IMG/VR virus record: IMGVR_UViG_2802428878_000002
From: a virus
Lineage: Duplodnaviria; Heunggongvirae; Uroviricota; Caudoviricetes
Direction: 5' to 3' (one strand)
DNA: 34,915 nucleotides
In this document: piece after piece, positions 26,400-34,513 of the stretch
How positions within the stretch are numbered: the first letter of the stretch is position 1
Layout: each line of letters starts with the position of its first letter
Translations under genes and position numbers: made by a program
Notes under the pieces: generated by a model
What the model was told of the DNA's origin: nothing
The model's database searches: none
The model's input: only the letters and a program-made list of their open reading frames with translations

Positions 26400-26573
26400 C
26401 TCGATTTTTCGGCGTGTCGCGACGCCTGGCTGGCCCTTGACGCCGACGTCGAACAAGCTGAATGCGCGAGATCCCGTGTCAACGCCAACCCCCCGTTATC
26501 ACCTGGCGAAGGCATCTCCACGACGCCGAATAGTCTCGGACGAGAGGTGACCTGCACGGGATCTCGCGTATAT

Positions 26574-26649
26574 GCCCCTGTAGCTCAGAGGACAGAGCGA
26601 CGCGGTCCTAACGCGACGGCCGGCGGTTCGAATCCGTCCGGGGGCACCA
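26574..26649 (+). tRNA. tRNA-Arg(CCT)
   Basis: Loop GT CCT AA (unusual G32); CCA. Confidence 0.88.
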
Positions 26650-26677
26650 TGGCATCAATCGCAAAGGAGCAGCAACC

Positions 26678-27286
26678 GTGGACAGCTCTCCCCGCCTGTT
26701 ACCGGCCGGAATCGGGTCCGTGTTCATCGTCGACGTCGAGGCCACCTCGCGCACACCGTTCAGTGGTGTGATGACGGAGTTCGCCGTGGTCCATCTGGTT
26801 TCGGGCACTTCGTTCTACGGGCACACCTACCGCAACCATCCACATCCGGACAATCCCGCAATCCCTGTTGCAGATCTCGACGGCGGCGGTGACTACATCA
26901 GCGAGGCGTACTGGATTATGGACGGCAAGGACGTCGCAAACTCGGTGGCAGGTTCGGAACCGGCCGATGTCGCTAGCGCACTGCGCACATGGCTCGACGG
27001 ATTCGGTTTACCACGCCGGGTACTGGTCAGCGACAACAACGGCTACGACGCGATGTGGCTGAACTGCTTCACTGACCTCTGGACGGGTGAGGTCTTTTTC
27101 GGCCACTCGTCGCGGCGCATCGGTGACTTCTACGCAGGCACTCGGCAGAAGTGGGCTGATCACTCCTCATGGAAGAGTCTGCGCCGCACACGACACACCC
27201 ACCATCCACTCGACGACGCACGGGGTAACGCTGAGGCTCTGCGCACGCTGCTGGGCATTGATGTCGATCGCAAAGGCGAGGATTAA
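26678..27286 (+). CDS. DEDDh 3'-5' exonuclease (Rv2179c/RNase AS-like)
   Basis: IVDVEAT (ExoI), DNNGYD (ExoII), HTHHPLDDARGNA (ExoIII); true start may be GTG 26720. Confidence 0.82.
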   Translation: MDSSPRLLPAGIGSVFIVDVEATSRTPFSGVMTEFAVVHLVSGTSFYGHTYRNHPHPDNPAIPVADLDGGGDYISEAYWIMDGKDVANSVAGSEPADVASALRTWLDGFGLPRRVLVSDNNGYDAMWLNCFTDLWTGEVFFGHSSRRIGDFYAGTRQKWADHSSWKSLRRTRHTHHPLDDARGNAEALRTLLGIDVDRKGED

Positions 27287-27288
27287 CC

Positions 27289-27534
27289 ATGCCGACGATG
27301 ACGCTGTACGCCCTGTGGTGCGAGGGATACGCCGCCACCGGAGAGCATGGACGCGCGCGTTCACTGGGTACCTGGGCCGCGGAGTCATTCGACTCTGCTG
27401 TGGAACTGTGGAATGCGACCAAGAACCGAAATTCGATGTACGGAAACCTCGTTCACCACGAGAACGGTTCCTGGACCTTGTGGGGCTGCCGGTTATTCGA
27501 CAACGAGGCCGATGCCCGCCGAGCGTTCGGATGA
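27289..27534 (+). CDS. hypothetical phage-like protein
   Basis: GAGGA RBS; Trp-rich 81 aa. Confidence 0.65.
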   Translation: MPTMTLYALWCEGYAATGEHGRARSLGTWAAESFDSAVELWNATKNRNSMYGNLVHHENGSWTLWGCRLFDNEADARRAFG

Positions 27535-27658
27535 ACGGCTCCAGCTGAGAACTAGCGGTGTCGGCGTGTCGCGCGGTCGCAGTGGATTCGAGAGTTCTTG
27601 CAGCGGAGGCTATATGCCGGTGCTCGAACCGCACCAATCGCCGAACCTTGGAGGGCAT

Positions 27659-27862
27659 ATGAAACTCTGCGTCACCGCTGTGATCGCGGCGGCACCCTTG
27701 TTGATCTTCGCTCCATCCGCCAGCGCGGGGCCGCGCTGCCTCCCAGACCAAACAACCTGCTGCCCCAGCGGATACATAGTGGCCGAACACCCCAGCGGTG
27801 CGATGACGTGCTCTCCTGACGTCGATGCCCAGTCCGCCGCCCGAAACAGCATCCCGATCTGA
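27659..27862 (+). CDS. small secreted Cys-rich protein (67 aa)
   Basis: GGAGGG RBS; signal peptide MKLCVTAVIAAAPLLIFAPSASA; four Cys in the mature part (tail of track ORF 27347). Confidence 0.6.
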   Translation: MKLCVTAVIAAAPLLIFAPSASAGPRCLPDQTTCCPSGYIVAEHPSGAMTCSPDVDAQSAARNSIPI

Positions 27863-27922
27863 TCGGTAGACACTCCACCTCCGCAGTGTGCGCCGCTGCG
27901 ATTCAGAGGTGTCAGGCGCAGG

Positions 27923-27997
27923 AGCGGAGTAGGGCAGCTCGGTCAGCCCGCGTGGCTCATAACCACGAAGTCGCAGGTTCGAATCCTGCCTCCGCCA
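27923..27997 (+). tRNA. tRNA-Met(CAT), initiator-like
   Basis: A1.C72 mismatch, AGCTCGGT D-loop, CGTGG CT CAT AA CCACG. Confidence 0.85.
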
Positions 27998-28302
27998 CGA
28001 CGTCCCACATGAGCTGCAACTCAAGGGATAACAGAGGGCACGACAACACCGATGGCGGTATGAGACATGGCTAATGATCCTGGCCGACGAACTGCGGAAA
28101 AACGCTCGTGGCGTCGTGAGATGGACGTGGAGGCAACAGCCCAGGTCGAGCCATTCACCCCGTACGCGCATTGCATAAGCCTGGTGGAGTGCCGCACAAC
28201 CTGCGTCTATGTGGGCCAAGGGTGTTCAGAGGTGCACAGGAATCACTACCGCGATCTCTCTGCTGATGAAGGGGTTCCACCACCCCTAACTCAGCGGGTT
28301 AA

Positions 28303-28375
28303 CGCTCCGTAGCTCAGTTGGTAGAGCTCCGCACTCATAATGCGAAAGTCGCGGGTTCAAGTCCCGCCGGAGCAA
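28303..28375 (+). tRNA. tRNA-Met or Ile2 (CAT)
   Basis: Loop CT CAT AA; C1.A72 mismatch. Confidence 0.85.
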
Positions 28376-28457
28376 CGAGTTCTAGCCCCTTGCGGGCCTG
28401 AACATTTGGAGGGTGCCTCCGACGAATGGCGCCGTCGACGTGGCGCTGTTCTGCCCT

Positions 28458-28907
28458 TCAGAACTGAATGTTGGCGCTCATCGAGTATCGATCGAACTGG
28501 GAATGTTCGAGCAGGCCGTCGAGAAGCCGGGCACGCTGCATCTCGGGCTCGGACACCTTCATCCCGATCACGCCTTTGCCGGCTTCGCTTATAGGGTTTC
28601 CGCTGGGAAGAACGCAGCGGCCGCCATCGACGCTCAAAACAAGATCACGCTGAATGGGCACACCGTTGTATCGGATGTCGAGCCAGTGGCCGTAAATCTT
28701 CTTATCTGGGAATCCGCCAGATTCGGACCATGCCTCGGTCCACGGCTCACCATCGAGATGGTCCTTGCCCCAGGCAAGGCTAATTGCGGCGTCCTCGTGA
28801 AACACGTACAGCTGCCGGTGACCATCCTCGGTGGTCACATTCTCGACCTTCGTCCAGTCGTCTGGAGAACTCGCCTCAACCTTTGTGAGGATCGAAAAGT
28901 AGTTCAC
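28458..28907 (-). CDS. hypothetical protein inserted antisense within the tRNA array
   Basis: 149 aa with natural composition; GTG start. Confidence 0.65.
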   Translation of the reverse strand: MNYFSILTKVEASSPDDWTKVENVTTEDGHRQLYVFHEDAAISLAWGKDHLDGEPWTEAWSESGGFPDKKIYGHWLDIRYNGVPIQRDLVLSVDGGRCVLPSGNPISEAGKGVIGMKVSEPEMQRARLLDGLLEHSQFDRYSMSANIQF

Positions 28908-29015
28908 GGCTGAAATCTAACCAGGACCAGTCGAATATCACCTGGCTTACGCGAATCTGGCCTATGCACCTTTCTTCATCACATCCTGAACCGCCGGATA
29001 GCCTCCGGCAGAAAT

Positions 29016-29105
29016 GGAAGACCCACCCGAGGGCTGGCGACGGGCGCTGTCTTGAAAACAGTTGGGGCCGAGAGGCCCGTGTCGGTTCGATCCCGACGTC
29101 TTCCG
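29016..29105 (+). tRNA. tRNA-Ser(TGA)
   Basis: GCTGT CT TGA AA ACAGT; long arm; G73. Confidence 0.9.
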
Positions 29106-29240
29106 CGCAACCCAACCGGCTCACAACTGGAAGGGAACCGCTCGGCTGAGATGCCGGGTGCGGGTGGCTCCGCCTGCGTGGCCGTGGACAGACGGCGCGC
29201 AGACAGCGGCCCGGGCTGGGCCTGTCCCCCGGCTCGACAT

Positions 29241-29316
29241 GGCGTCGTTAGCTCAGCGGTAGAGCCCCGGTTTGTGGAACCGGTAGTCGTCGGTTCGATC
29301 CCGACACGTCGCCCCA
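29241..29316 (+). tRNA. tRNA-His(GTG)
   Basis: Encoded G-1:C73; CCGGT TT GTG GA ACCGG; CCA. Confidence 0.92.
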
Positions 29317-29397
29317 CTGTTCGGTGTGCACTTGGCAGCCAAGCCCGCAATCGCGCCGAACACAACCAATCACGATGTTGCGACCGATCCTTAGAAC

Positions 29398-29688
29398 ATG
29401 CCAACCACCATCTACCCGACCATCCACGGCGATGATCGGAGTCTCGAAGCGATAATCGCCTCGTTCACCGTCAACGCGACGCTACGTAGCTATCTCGAGG
29501 ATTTCTTGCCGGGACGGCGTGACTTCAACCGGCCATCACACCTCGTCAAACTTGACGACGGTTGGATTCTCGTCCTTTACGTAGACACAGCTGACGACAC
29601 CGGGTATCTCAAATTCGATTGCTCCGGTGGATCGCATGAGTTCATCGACGCCTACAGAGCACATGCCCTGACGGGACGTTGGCTCTGA
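29398..29688 (+). CDS. hypothetical protein
   Basis: 96 aa, plausible globular composition. Confidence 0.5.
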   Translation: MPTTIYPTIHGDDRSLEAIIASFTVNATLRSYLEDFLPGRRDFNRPSHLVKLDDGWILVLYVDTADDTGYLKFDCSGGSHEFIDAYRAHALTGRWL

Positions 29689-29847
29689 GATGAGGTCAGC
29701 ATGATGCACTGGGCGGGACCTGATGCTGAACGTTGTCGACCTCGCGGTAACGACCAGGGTTAGTGCGCTAGGCGAGGATCGGGCGCAGTGCTACTGGGTG
29801 GCCCTGGTGACAATCTCCAGCTCAACATGACAGTTCTGCACGAAGAT

Positions 29848-29920
29848 GCCTCCGTGGCGCAACGGATAGCGCACCGGTTTTCTACTCCGATGGTTGCCGG
29901 TTCGAATCCGGCCGGGGGCA
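29848..29920 (+). tRNA. tRNA-Arg(TCT)
   Basis: A20; loop TT TCT AC; weakened anticodon stem (C27.A43, U31.U39). Confidence 0.85.
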
Positions 29921-30000
29921 CCGAGTTCGACACAGATACCGGCATGTCGTCGCTGTCTCGGCACAACGACAGAGCGCGGCGGACAACATCGAAAGATCCA

Positions 30001-30078
30001 CGGGCTGTGGGAAAGTTTGGTCAATCCGCCTGGCTGGGGGCCAGGAAATCGCGCGTTCGAATCGCGCCAGCCCGACCA
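30001..30078 (+). tRNA. tRNA-Pro(GGG)
   Basis: CCTGG CT GGG GG CCAGG; CCA. Confidence 0.9.
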
Positions 30079-30124
30079 GCGTGGCGGAAAGCCCGTCGCG
30101 CGAAAACACACGAAGGGAGGAGCC

Positions 30125-31315
30125 GTGAGCACACAATTCCCCGTCACGATGCGCGGGGCAGACAACGTCGCACTCTGGGCGTACGAGCATGAGATCGAGC
30201 CGGCCGCCCTGAACCAGTTGCGCAACATCGCCACTCTCGGGCCGGTTGCTAAGGTGGCAGTGATGCCAGATGTCCACTTGGGCAAGGGCGCCACGGTCGG
30301 ATCCGTCATCGCGATGCGAGATGCGGTCTCCCCCTCGGCGGTCGGCGTCGATATCGGTTGTGGTGTCTGCGGCGTCCGAACGTCTCTTTCAGCCCACGAT
30401 CTCCCGGATGATCTGTCCGGGCTGCGCTCCGCGGTGGAGGCAGCGATTCCGGTCGGATTCAACTCGCACGAGCGGGCCGTGAACGTCCAGCGTCTCGGGC
30501 TGCGTACTGCTGAGCACGATCGACTCTGGCAGTCGGCCAAGGCGATTCACGCCAACGTTGACCCGTTCGGTGGTCGTGCCCCGCGCCAGCTCGGCACGCT
30601 CGGTGGCGGCAACCATTTCCTCGAGGTGTGCCTGGACGGCGAGGACCGCGTATGGCTTACCCTCCATTCAGGATCGCGTAACGTCGGCAAGGAGCTGGCT
30701 GAGCGACACATCACGGTCGCAAAGGGCCTGCCGCACAACGCAGATCTACCGGATCGAGACCTGGCGTTCTTCTACGCGAACACCCCGGAGATGGACGCTT
30801 ACCTCTACGACCTGACGTGGGCGCAGCAGTACGCCGCGCTGTCGCGGCAGGTGATGATGGCGCTGTTCCGCACCGTACTCAGTGAGGCCTTCGCAGGAGT
30901 GCGGTTCACCGACGAGATCAACGTGCACCACAACTACGTGCGCCGCGAGACTGTTGGCGGTGAGGAGTTCATCGTCACCCGCAAGGGGGCTATTCGCGCA
31001 GGATCTGACGAACTGGCGCTGATCCCCGGCAGCATGGGTACGGGCTCGTACGTGGTGCGCGGTTTGGGTAACCCTGACTCGTTGTTCTCAGCTTCGCACG
31101 GGGCGGGTCGCAAGATGAGCCGCTCCGCCGCCAAACGGACATTCACCGTCGAGGATCTGGCAGAACAGACCGCCGGCATCGAGTGCCGAAAGGACGCTGG
31201 TGTCGTCGACGAGATTCCCGGGGCCTACAAGGACATCCACGGTGTCATCGCCGCTCAGGACAACCTCGTCGCCGTAGTGGCGCACCTGCGCACCATCCTC
31301 TGTGTGAAGGGCTAA
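30125..31315 (+). CDS. rtcB: RtcB RNA 2',3'-cyclic phosphate/5'-OH ligase
   Basis: MPDVHLGKG, GVDIGCG, LGTLGGGNHF, LHSGSR, HNY, RKGA, IPGSMG, SHGAGR, DEIPGAYK; GGAGG RBS before GTG 30125 (track start 29894 spans tRNAs). Confidence 0.96.
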   Translation: MSTQFPVTMRGADNVALWAYEHEIEPAALNQLRNIATLGPVAKVAVMPDVHLGKGATVGSVIAMRDAVSPSAVGVDIGCGVCGVRTSLSAHDLPDDLSGLRSAVEAAIPVGFNSHERAVNVQRLGLRTAEHDRLWQSAKAIHANVDPFGGRAPRQLGTLGGGNHFLEVCLDGEDRVWLTLHSGSRNVGKELAERHITVAKGLPHNADLPDRDLAFFYANTPEMDAYLYDLTWAQQYAALSRQVMMALFRTVLSEAFAGVRFTDEINVHHNYVRRETVGGEEFIVTRKGAIRAGSDELALIPGSMGTGSYVVRGLGNPDSLFSASHGAGRKMSRSAAKRTFTVEDLAEQTAGIECRKDAGVVDEIPGAYKDIHGVIAAQDNLVAVVAHLRTILCVKG

Positions 31316-31488
31316 GTCGCATAGCGGAAACCCCTGATGGGTTGAGGCAGCATGCGCGAGGTGCGGCACGTCGATGCCAGCGTGTCGTACCTCGTGCTTG
31401 GCGACAGTGCGGCGGCATGGCACCGTTGTGACAAGCACAGGCGCGTGCCTCGTCATCTGATGCAAGGCCCACGACAGGAGAGCCGATC

Positions 31489-31716
31489 GTGAATATGCCA
31501 TCCAGCAACAAGGTCATCGAAGAGCTCGGGGACTATGTCAATGACCCGGCCAATGCTTCAGTTATGGATGTCTTCCGGGAGATCGGCGAGCGGGGAAGGA
31601 TGTTGCACACCGCGGAGATCGCTTCTGATCCGGAGTGGTTCGCACGGAGCTTCGTTGCGTGGATTCGAGCAGGGGCGCCGACATGCAGCAGACAAGCTCT
31701 CAACCCGGACAACTAG
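31489..31716 (+). CDS. hypothetical protein
   Basis: AGGAG RBS; 75 aa helical. Confidence 0.55.
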   Translation: MNMPSSNKVIEELGDYVNDPANASVMDVFREIGERGRMLHTAEIASDPEWFARSFVAWIRAGAPTCSRQALNPDN

Positions 31717-31805
31717 CTCAACAATCCAACTGACGAGGTGTGTGCTGTGCCACCAGGCCGTGTACCAGCGTGGGCACGGAATCACTTCAGTGTGCGGAGA
31801 CAAGA

Positions 31806-32039
31806 ATGCGGAAACCCGTTGGTCGATCAATGGCGGCCCTCAAGAAACTTGAGCAGCAGAACAACCGACTCAAGTCCTCCTATCACACCGCGAGCGAGAA
31901 GCGTGCGATGAAGGCCGCACGCGAGAAGCGGCAAGCTACGCGAGCCGAAGCTAGTGCGGAAGAGCTTCAGGAGATGTTGGACGCCGATATGCGTTGGCTC
32001 GACAGTCTTGGCCCCAGGCTCAGCCAAAAAAAGGTCTGA
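31806..32039 (+). CDS. hypothetical basic coiled-coil protein
   Basis: MRKPVGRSMAALKKLEQQNNRLK... (track start 31740). Confidence 0.5.
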   Translation: MRKPVGRSMAALKKLEQQNNRLKSSYHTASEKRAMKAAREKRQATRAEASAEELQEMLDADMRWLDSLGPRLSQKKV

Positions 32040-32113
32040 CACTTAGCCTTCGGCAACACTTCCCAACTTGAACATTGAGCTGGCCCAGCTCCACCCCCGC
32101 TAGCGCGGGTTCT

Positions 32114-32187
32114 GTCTCCGTGGCCGAGTGGTTAGGCAGCGGCCTGCAAAGCCGTCTACGCCGGTTCAAGTCCGGCCGGAGACTCCA
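32114..32187 (+). tRNA. tRNA-Cys(GCA)
   Basis: GCGGC CT GCA AA GCCGT; U73; CCA. Confidence 0.93.
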
Positions 32188-32281
32188 CACTGGTCCTTCG
32201 CAGGATCGGCTGTGTTCCTTGGGCATAACCGAACGTGTCACTGCGCCACTGCAGCTCACGTAGCCCATAACCTGCACAATC

Positions 32282-33139
32282 ATGCAGAACTACGCAAGAC
32301 CAGTATCCGATATGCCCTGGTTCAGACCTTGGATGCTTAACAGCACAAAAGAACTAAAACGCGACTTGATCAAGTACGAGGGACGCGAGTGGCGGTGTGA
32401 CGGATGTGAGCTCAATGAGTGGATGGGACAACGCATCCCCCTCCAAATTGACCATATCGACGGTGTTCGTAACAACTGTCTCCGAACCAATCTCAGGTTC
32501 CTGTGCCCAAACTGCCATGCGATGACACCGACATACGCCGGGCGAAACAGAAAGAACGGACGACTCGTGGCCAACGACGATGACATCCGAACGGCTTACG
32601 ACAAGTTCCTCATCCAATCAGGACGAGCGCCGTCGTTGAATGAGCTGCATATGTCGCTCGGGTATTCCGGCCCCATCAGGAACGATCCGCAGCGGGACCG
32701 CCTCATTCGCGCTCTCGGAGTGGATCGCCCTACTCTGAGGATGGCTCCAGCGCCTTCTGCTAGCCCCAAGCACGACACGAAGATCGTCTGGCCAGACGAC
32801 CATGTCATCGAAGAACTACTAGTCACGTATCCCCGGACCGCTGTGGCCGAAATGCTGGGAGTGTCAGACACCGCGGTGAAAAAGCACTGCGCCAAGAGGA
32901 ACATTCCTGAATCGGGCAGCTACCGGCGAAGACCCACAGCCCCGACAGCTGCTCTCGTGAATAGCCGAGAGCCTTCCACCATGTCGCGCCGGGATAGGAG
33001 CCTTGCCAGGCTGAAGGCCGCGCATGGCACCCGCAAGGGATATCTGTTGGAATCTCGTCTCGGTGTGCCGCACTGCCCGAAATGCCGGACGGCGAACACC
33101 AAATACTGCGCGCAACTCAGATTGCGCACGGCTGGATAA
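32282..33139 (+). CDS. phage-type HNH (homing) endonuclease with C-terminal DNA-binding modules
   Basis: C..C...W.G..IPLQIDHIDG...N....NLRFLCPNCHAMTPTY; later HTH-like AVAEMLGVSDTAVKK and HGTRKGY...C..C zinc motif. Confidence 0.88.
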   Translation: MQNYARPVSDMPWFRPWMLNSTKELKRDLIKYEGREWRCDGCELNEWMGQRIPLQIDHIDGVRNNCLRTNLRFLCPNCHAMTPTYAGRNRKNGRLVANDDDIRTAYDKFLIQSGRAPSLNELHMSLGYSGPIRNDPQRDRLIRALGVDRPTLRMAPAPSASPKHDTKIVWPDDHVIEELLVTYPRTAVAEMLGVSDTAVKKHCAKRNIPESGSYRRRPTAPTAALVNSREPSTMSRRDRSLARLKAAHGTRKGYLLESRLGVPHCPKCRTANTKYCAQLRLRTAG

Positions 33140-33202
33140 GTTCACCAGGACGAACACTCGATTCGTACTCGAGAGGAGGGGGTTCGACTCCCCCATCCAG
33201 CT
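33131..33202 (+). tRNA. tRNA-Thr(CGT)
   Basis: CTCGA TT CGT AC TCGAG; overlaps the HNH stop codon. Confidence 0.88.
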
Positions 33203-33228
33203 CAAACGGACACGTGCAGTGTCTGATT

Positions 33229-33302
33229 CGGGGTATAGGAAAGCTTCGCAATCCGCCTCGTTCGGGACGAGGAGACCGGCGGTTCAAATCCGTCTACCCC
33301 GA
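33229..33302 (+). tRNA. tRNA-Pro(CGG)
   Basis: CCTCG TT CGG GA CGAGG; D-loop lacks G18G19. Confidence 0.85.
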
Positions 33303-33380
33303 CGTTGGTTTTGCACACTACCTGACAGTATCTTTTGGATAGATGATAGTATCTGCCAAACAGATACCGAAGGAGTAGAC

Positions 33381-34019
33381 ATGACCTACCCCGATACGAG
33401 CATCGCGCACCCCACCGATATCGCCCGCCAGGCTGATGCGCCTTGGCATCCGGGCGACGTCCAGTTCAATCTTCGCGGCTTGATCGACACCTCGATACTC
33501 ATCCGCCCCTTGTCCAGACACGTGTATGCATCGCGGTGGACCCACGACGGTAAAGCAACGGCCATTGTTGCTGATATAGCGGTGCTAGAGGACCAAAATC
33601 ATGCCGCCAGCCTCCACAGCCAAGTGACCGTGTCTCAGCCGAACGTTGTCAAGACACTATGTGCGGTTCTGGACAGTCCGCAGGTTTTCACCGTCGCCGG
33701 CGTGGTGTCCACGATCGGGGATGGTGAGCGACGCGCCTTGGTGCTATCCCCGCTACCGGAGGCCCTAGTCCCTGCAGCTGCGTCGGAAGCAGCAGTGCGG
33801 AACTGGGACTATCCCCCAGACTACGACGCAATCGTGGGCCGCAAGATCGCCGCTCTGCGCAGCGATAAAGGACTTCCCCAGGCCGCCCTAGCGGGCGTAT
33901 TGGGTGTCATGCAGTCGGGCGTCTCCGACATTGAATCCGGACGACGGTCATTAGACCTCAAGAAGTTGTATGCCATCGCATCTGCACTGAGCGTGCCAGT
34001 GCATGAGCTGTTGCCCTGA
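33381..34019 (+). CDS. two-domain protein: OB/SSB-like N-terminus fused to an XRE HTH
   Basis: GAAGGAG RBS before ATG 33381 (track start 33024 spans tRNAs); C-terminal LRSDKGLPQAALAGVLGVMQSGVSDIESGRR. Confidence 0.8.
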   Translation: MTYPDTSIAHPTDIARQADAPWHPGDVQFNLRGLIDTSILIRPLSRHVYASRWTHDGKATAIVADIAVLEDQNHAASLHSQVTVSQPNVVKTLCAVLDSPQVFTVAGVVSTIGDGERRALVLSPLPEALVPAAASEAAVRNWDYPPDYDAIVGRKIAALRSDKGLPQAALAGVLGVMQSGVSDIESGRRSLDLKKLYAIASALSVPVHELLP

Positions 34020-34064
34020 CGCGCGCAACAATGACATCCGATTGCATTGCGATAAAACAAATTT

Positions 34065-34149
34065 GGAGACGTGGCAGAGCGGCGAATGCAGCGCGTTGCT
34101 AGCGCGTAGTCGACTATATCGGCCGAGGGTTCGAGTCCCTCCGTCTCCG
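34065..34149 (+). tRNA. tRNA-Ser(GCT)
   Basis: GCGCG TT GCT AG CGCGT; long arm; G73. Confidence 0.9.
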
Positions 34150-34513
34150 CGGGGCATCACACACTTTGGGGTTCTTGTTCGCCAGCTACCCTCCCCGTAC
34201 TGTTTGGCCCATGGCTAACGGACTCGGAGGACGGCGGTGATGGGTCGACCGTTTCCTGAGGCGGAACGGGCATTGGCGCTGGATACGTCGGTGCTGGCGC
34301 CGCCGCTGGCTGCTGAGCGGTTGGGGCGCACAGTGGGCAGCGTCCGTACTTTCGTTGCAGCCGCAAGATCCTGAACGATCGCGATAACGGGTTCACCGTC
34401 GAGGATCGCCGCCGTACCGACAAGATTGCTGTTGCGCCTGCTGCCCCAGAGACCCATCAAGTGCCGCACTGACGAACACGACAAACAATTCACTCAGAGA
34501 CAAAGGTCAAGTA

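Larger units (their letters stand above)
21666..34149 (+). other. tRNA array unit (37 tRNA genes, interspersed ORFs and structured RNAs)
   Basis: All tRNAs listed below were folded by hand; all lie on the plus strand. Confidence 0.92.

Noticed and set aside
21300-26700. Many 60-230 aa track ORFs on both strands across the tRNA/GOLLD region
   Set aside because: They overlap tRNAs or structured RNA, are Arg/Pro/Gly-rich and lack an RBS; only the HNH at 24436 was kept.
22108-29193. 13-mer GCCGTGGACAGAC shared by two non-coding spacers (22108 and 29181)
   Set aside because: An exact 13-mer match is expected by chance in 35 kb of GC-rich DNA; the flanks do not align.
29128-29232. Possible degenerate Ser/Sec-like tRNA beginning GGAAGGG after tRNA-Ser(TGA)
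   Set aside because: No T-arm, anticodon arm or matching acceptor strand could be folded.
34157-34493. ORFs 34157..34423 and 34215..34493
   Set aside because: Overlapping alternatives with no motif or clear RBS; cannot choose between them.
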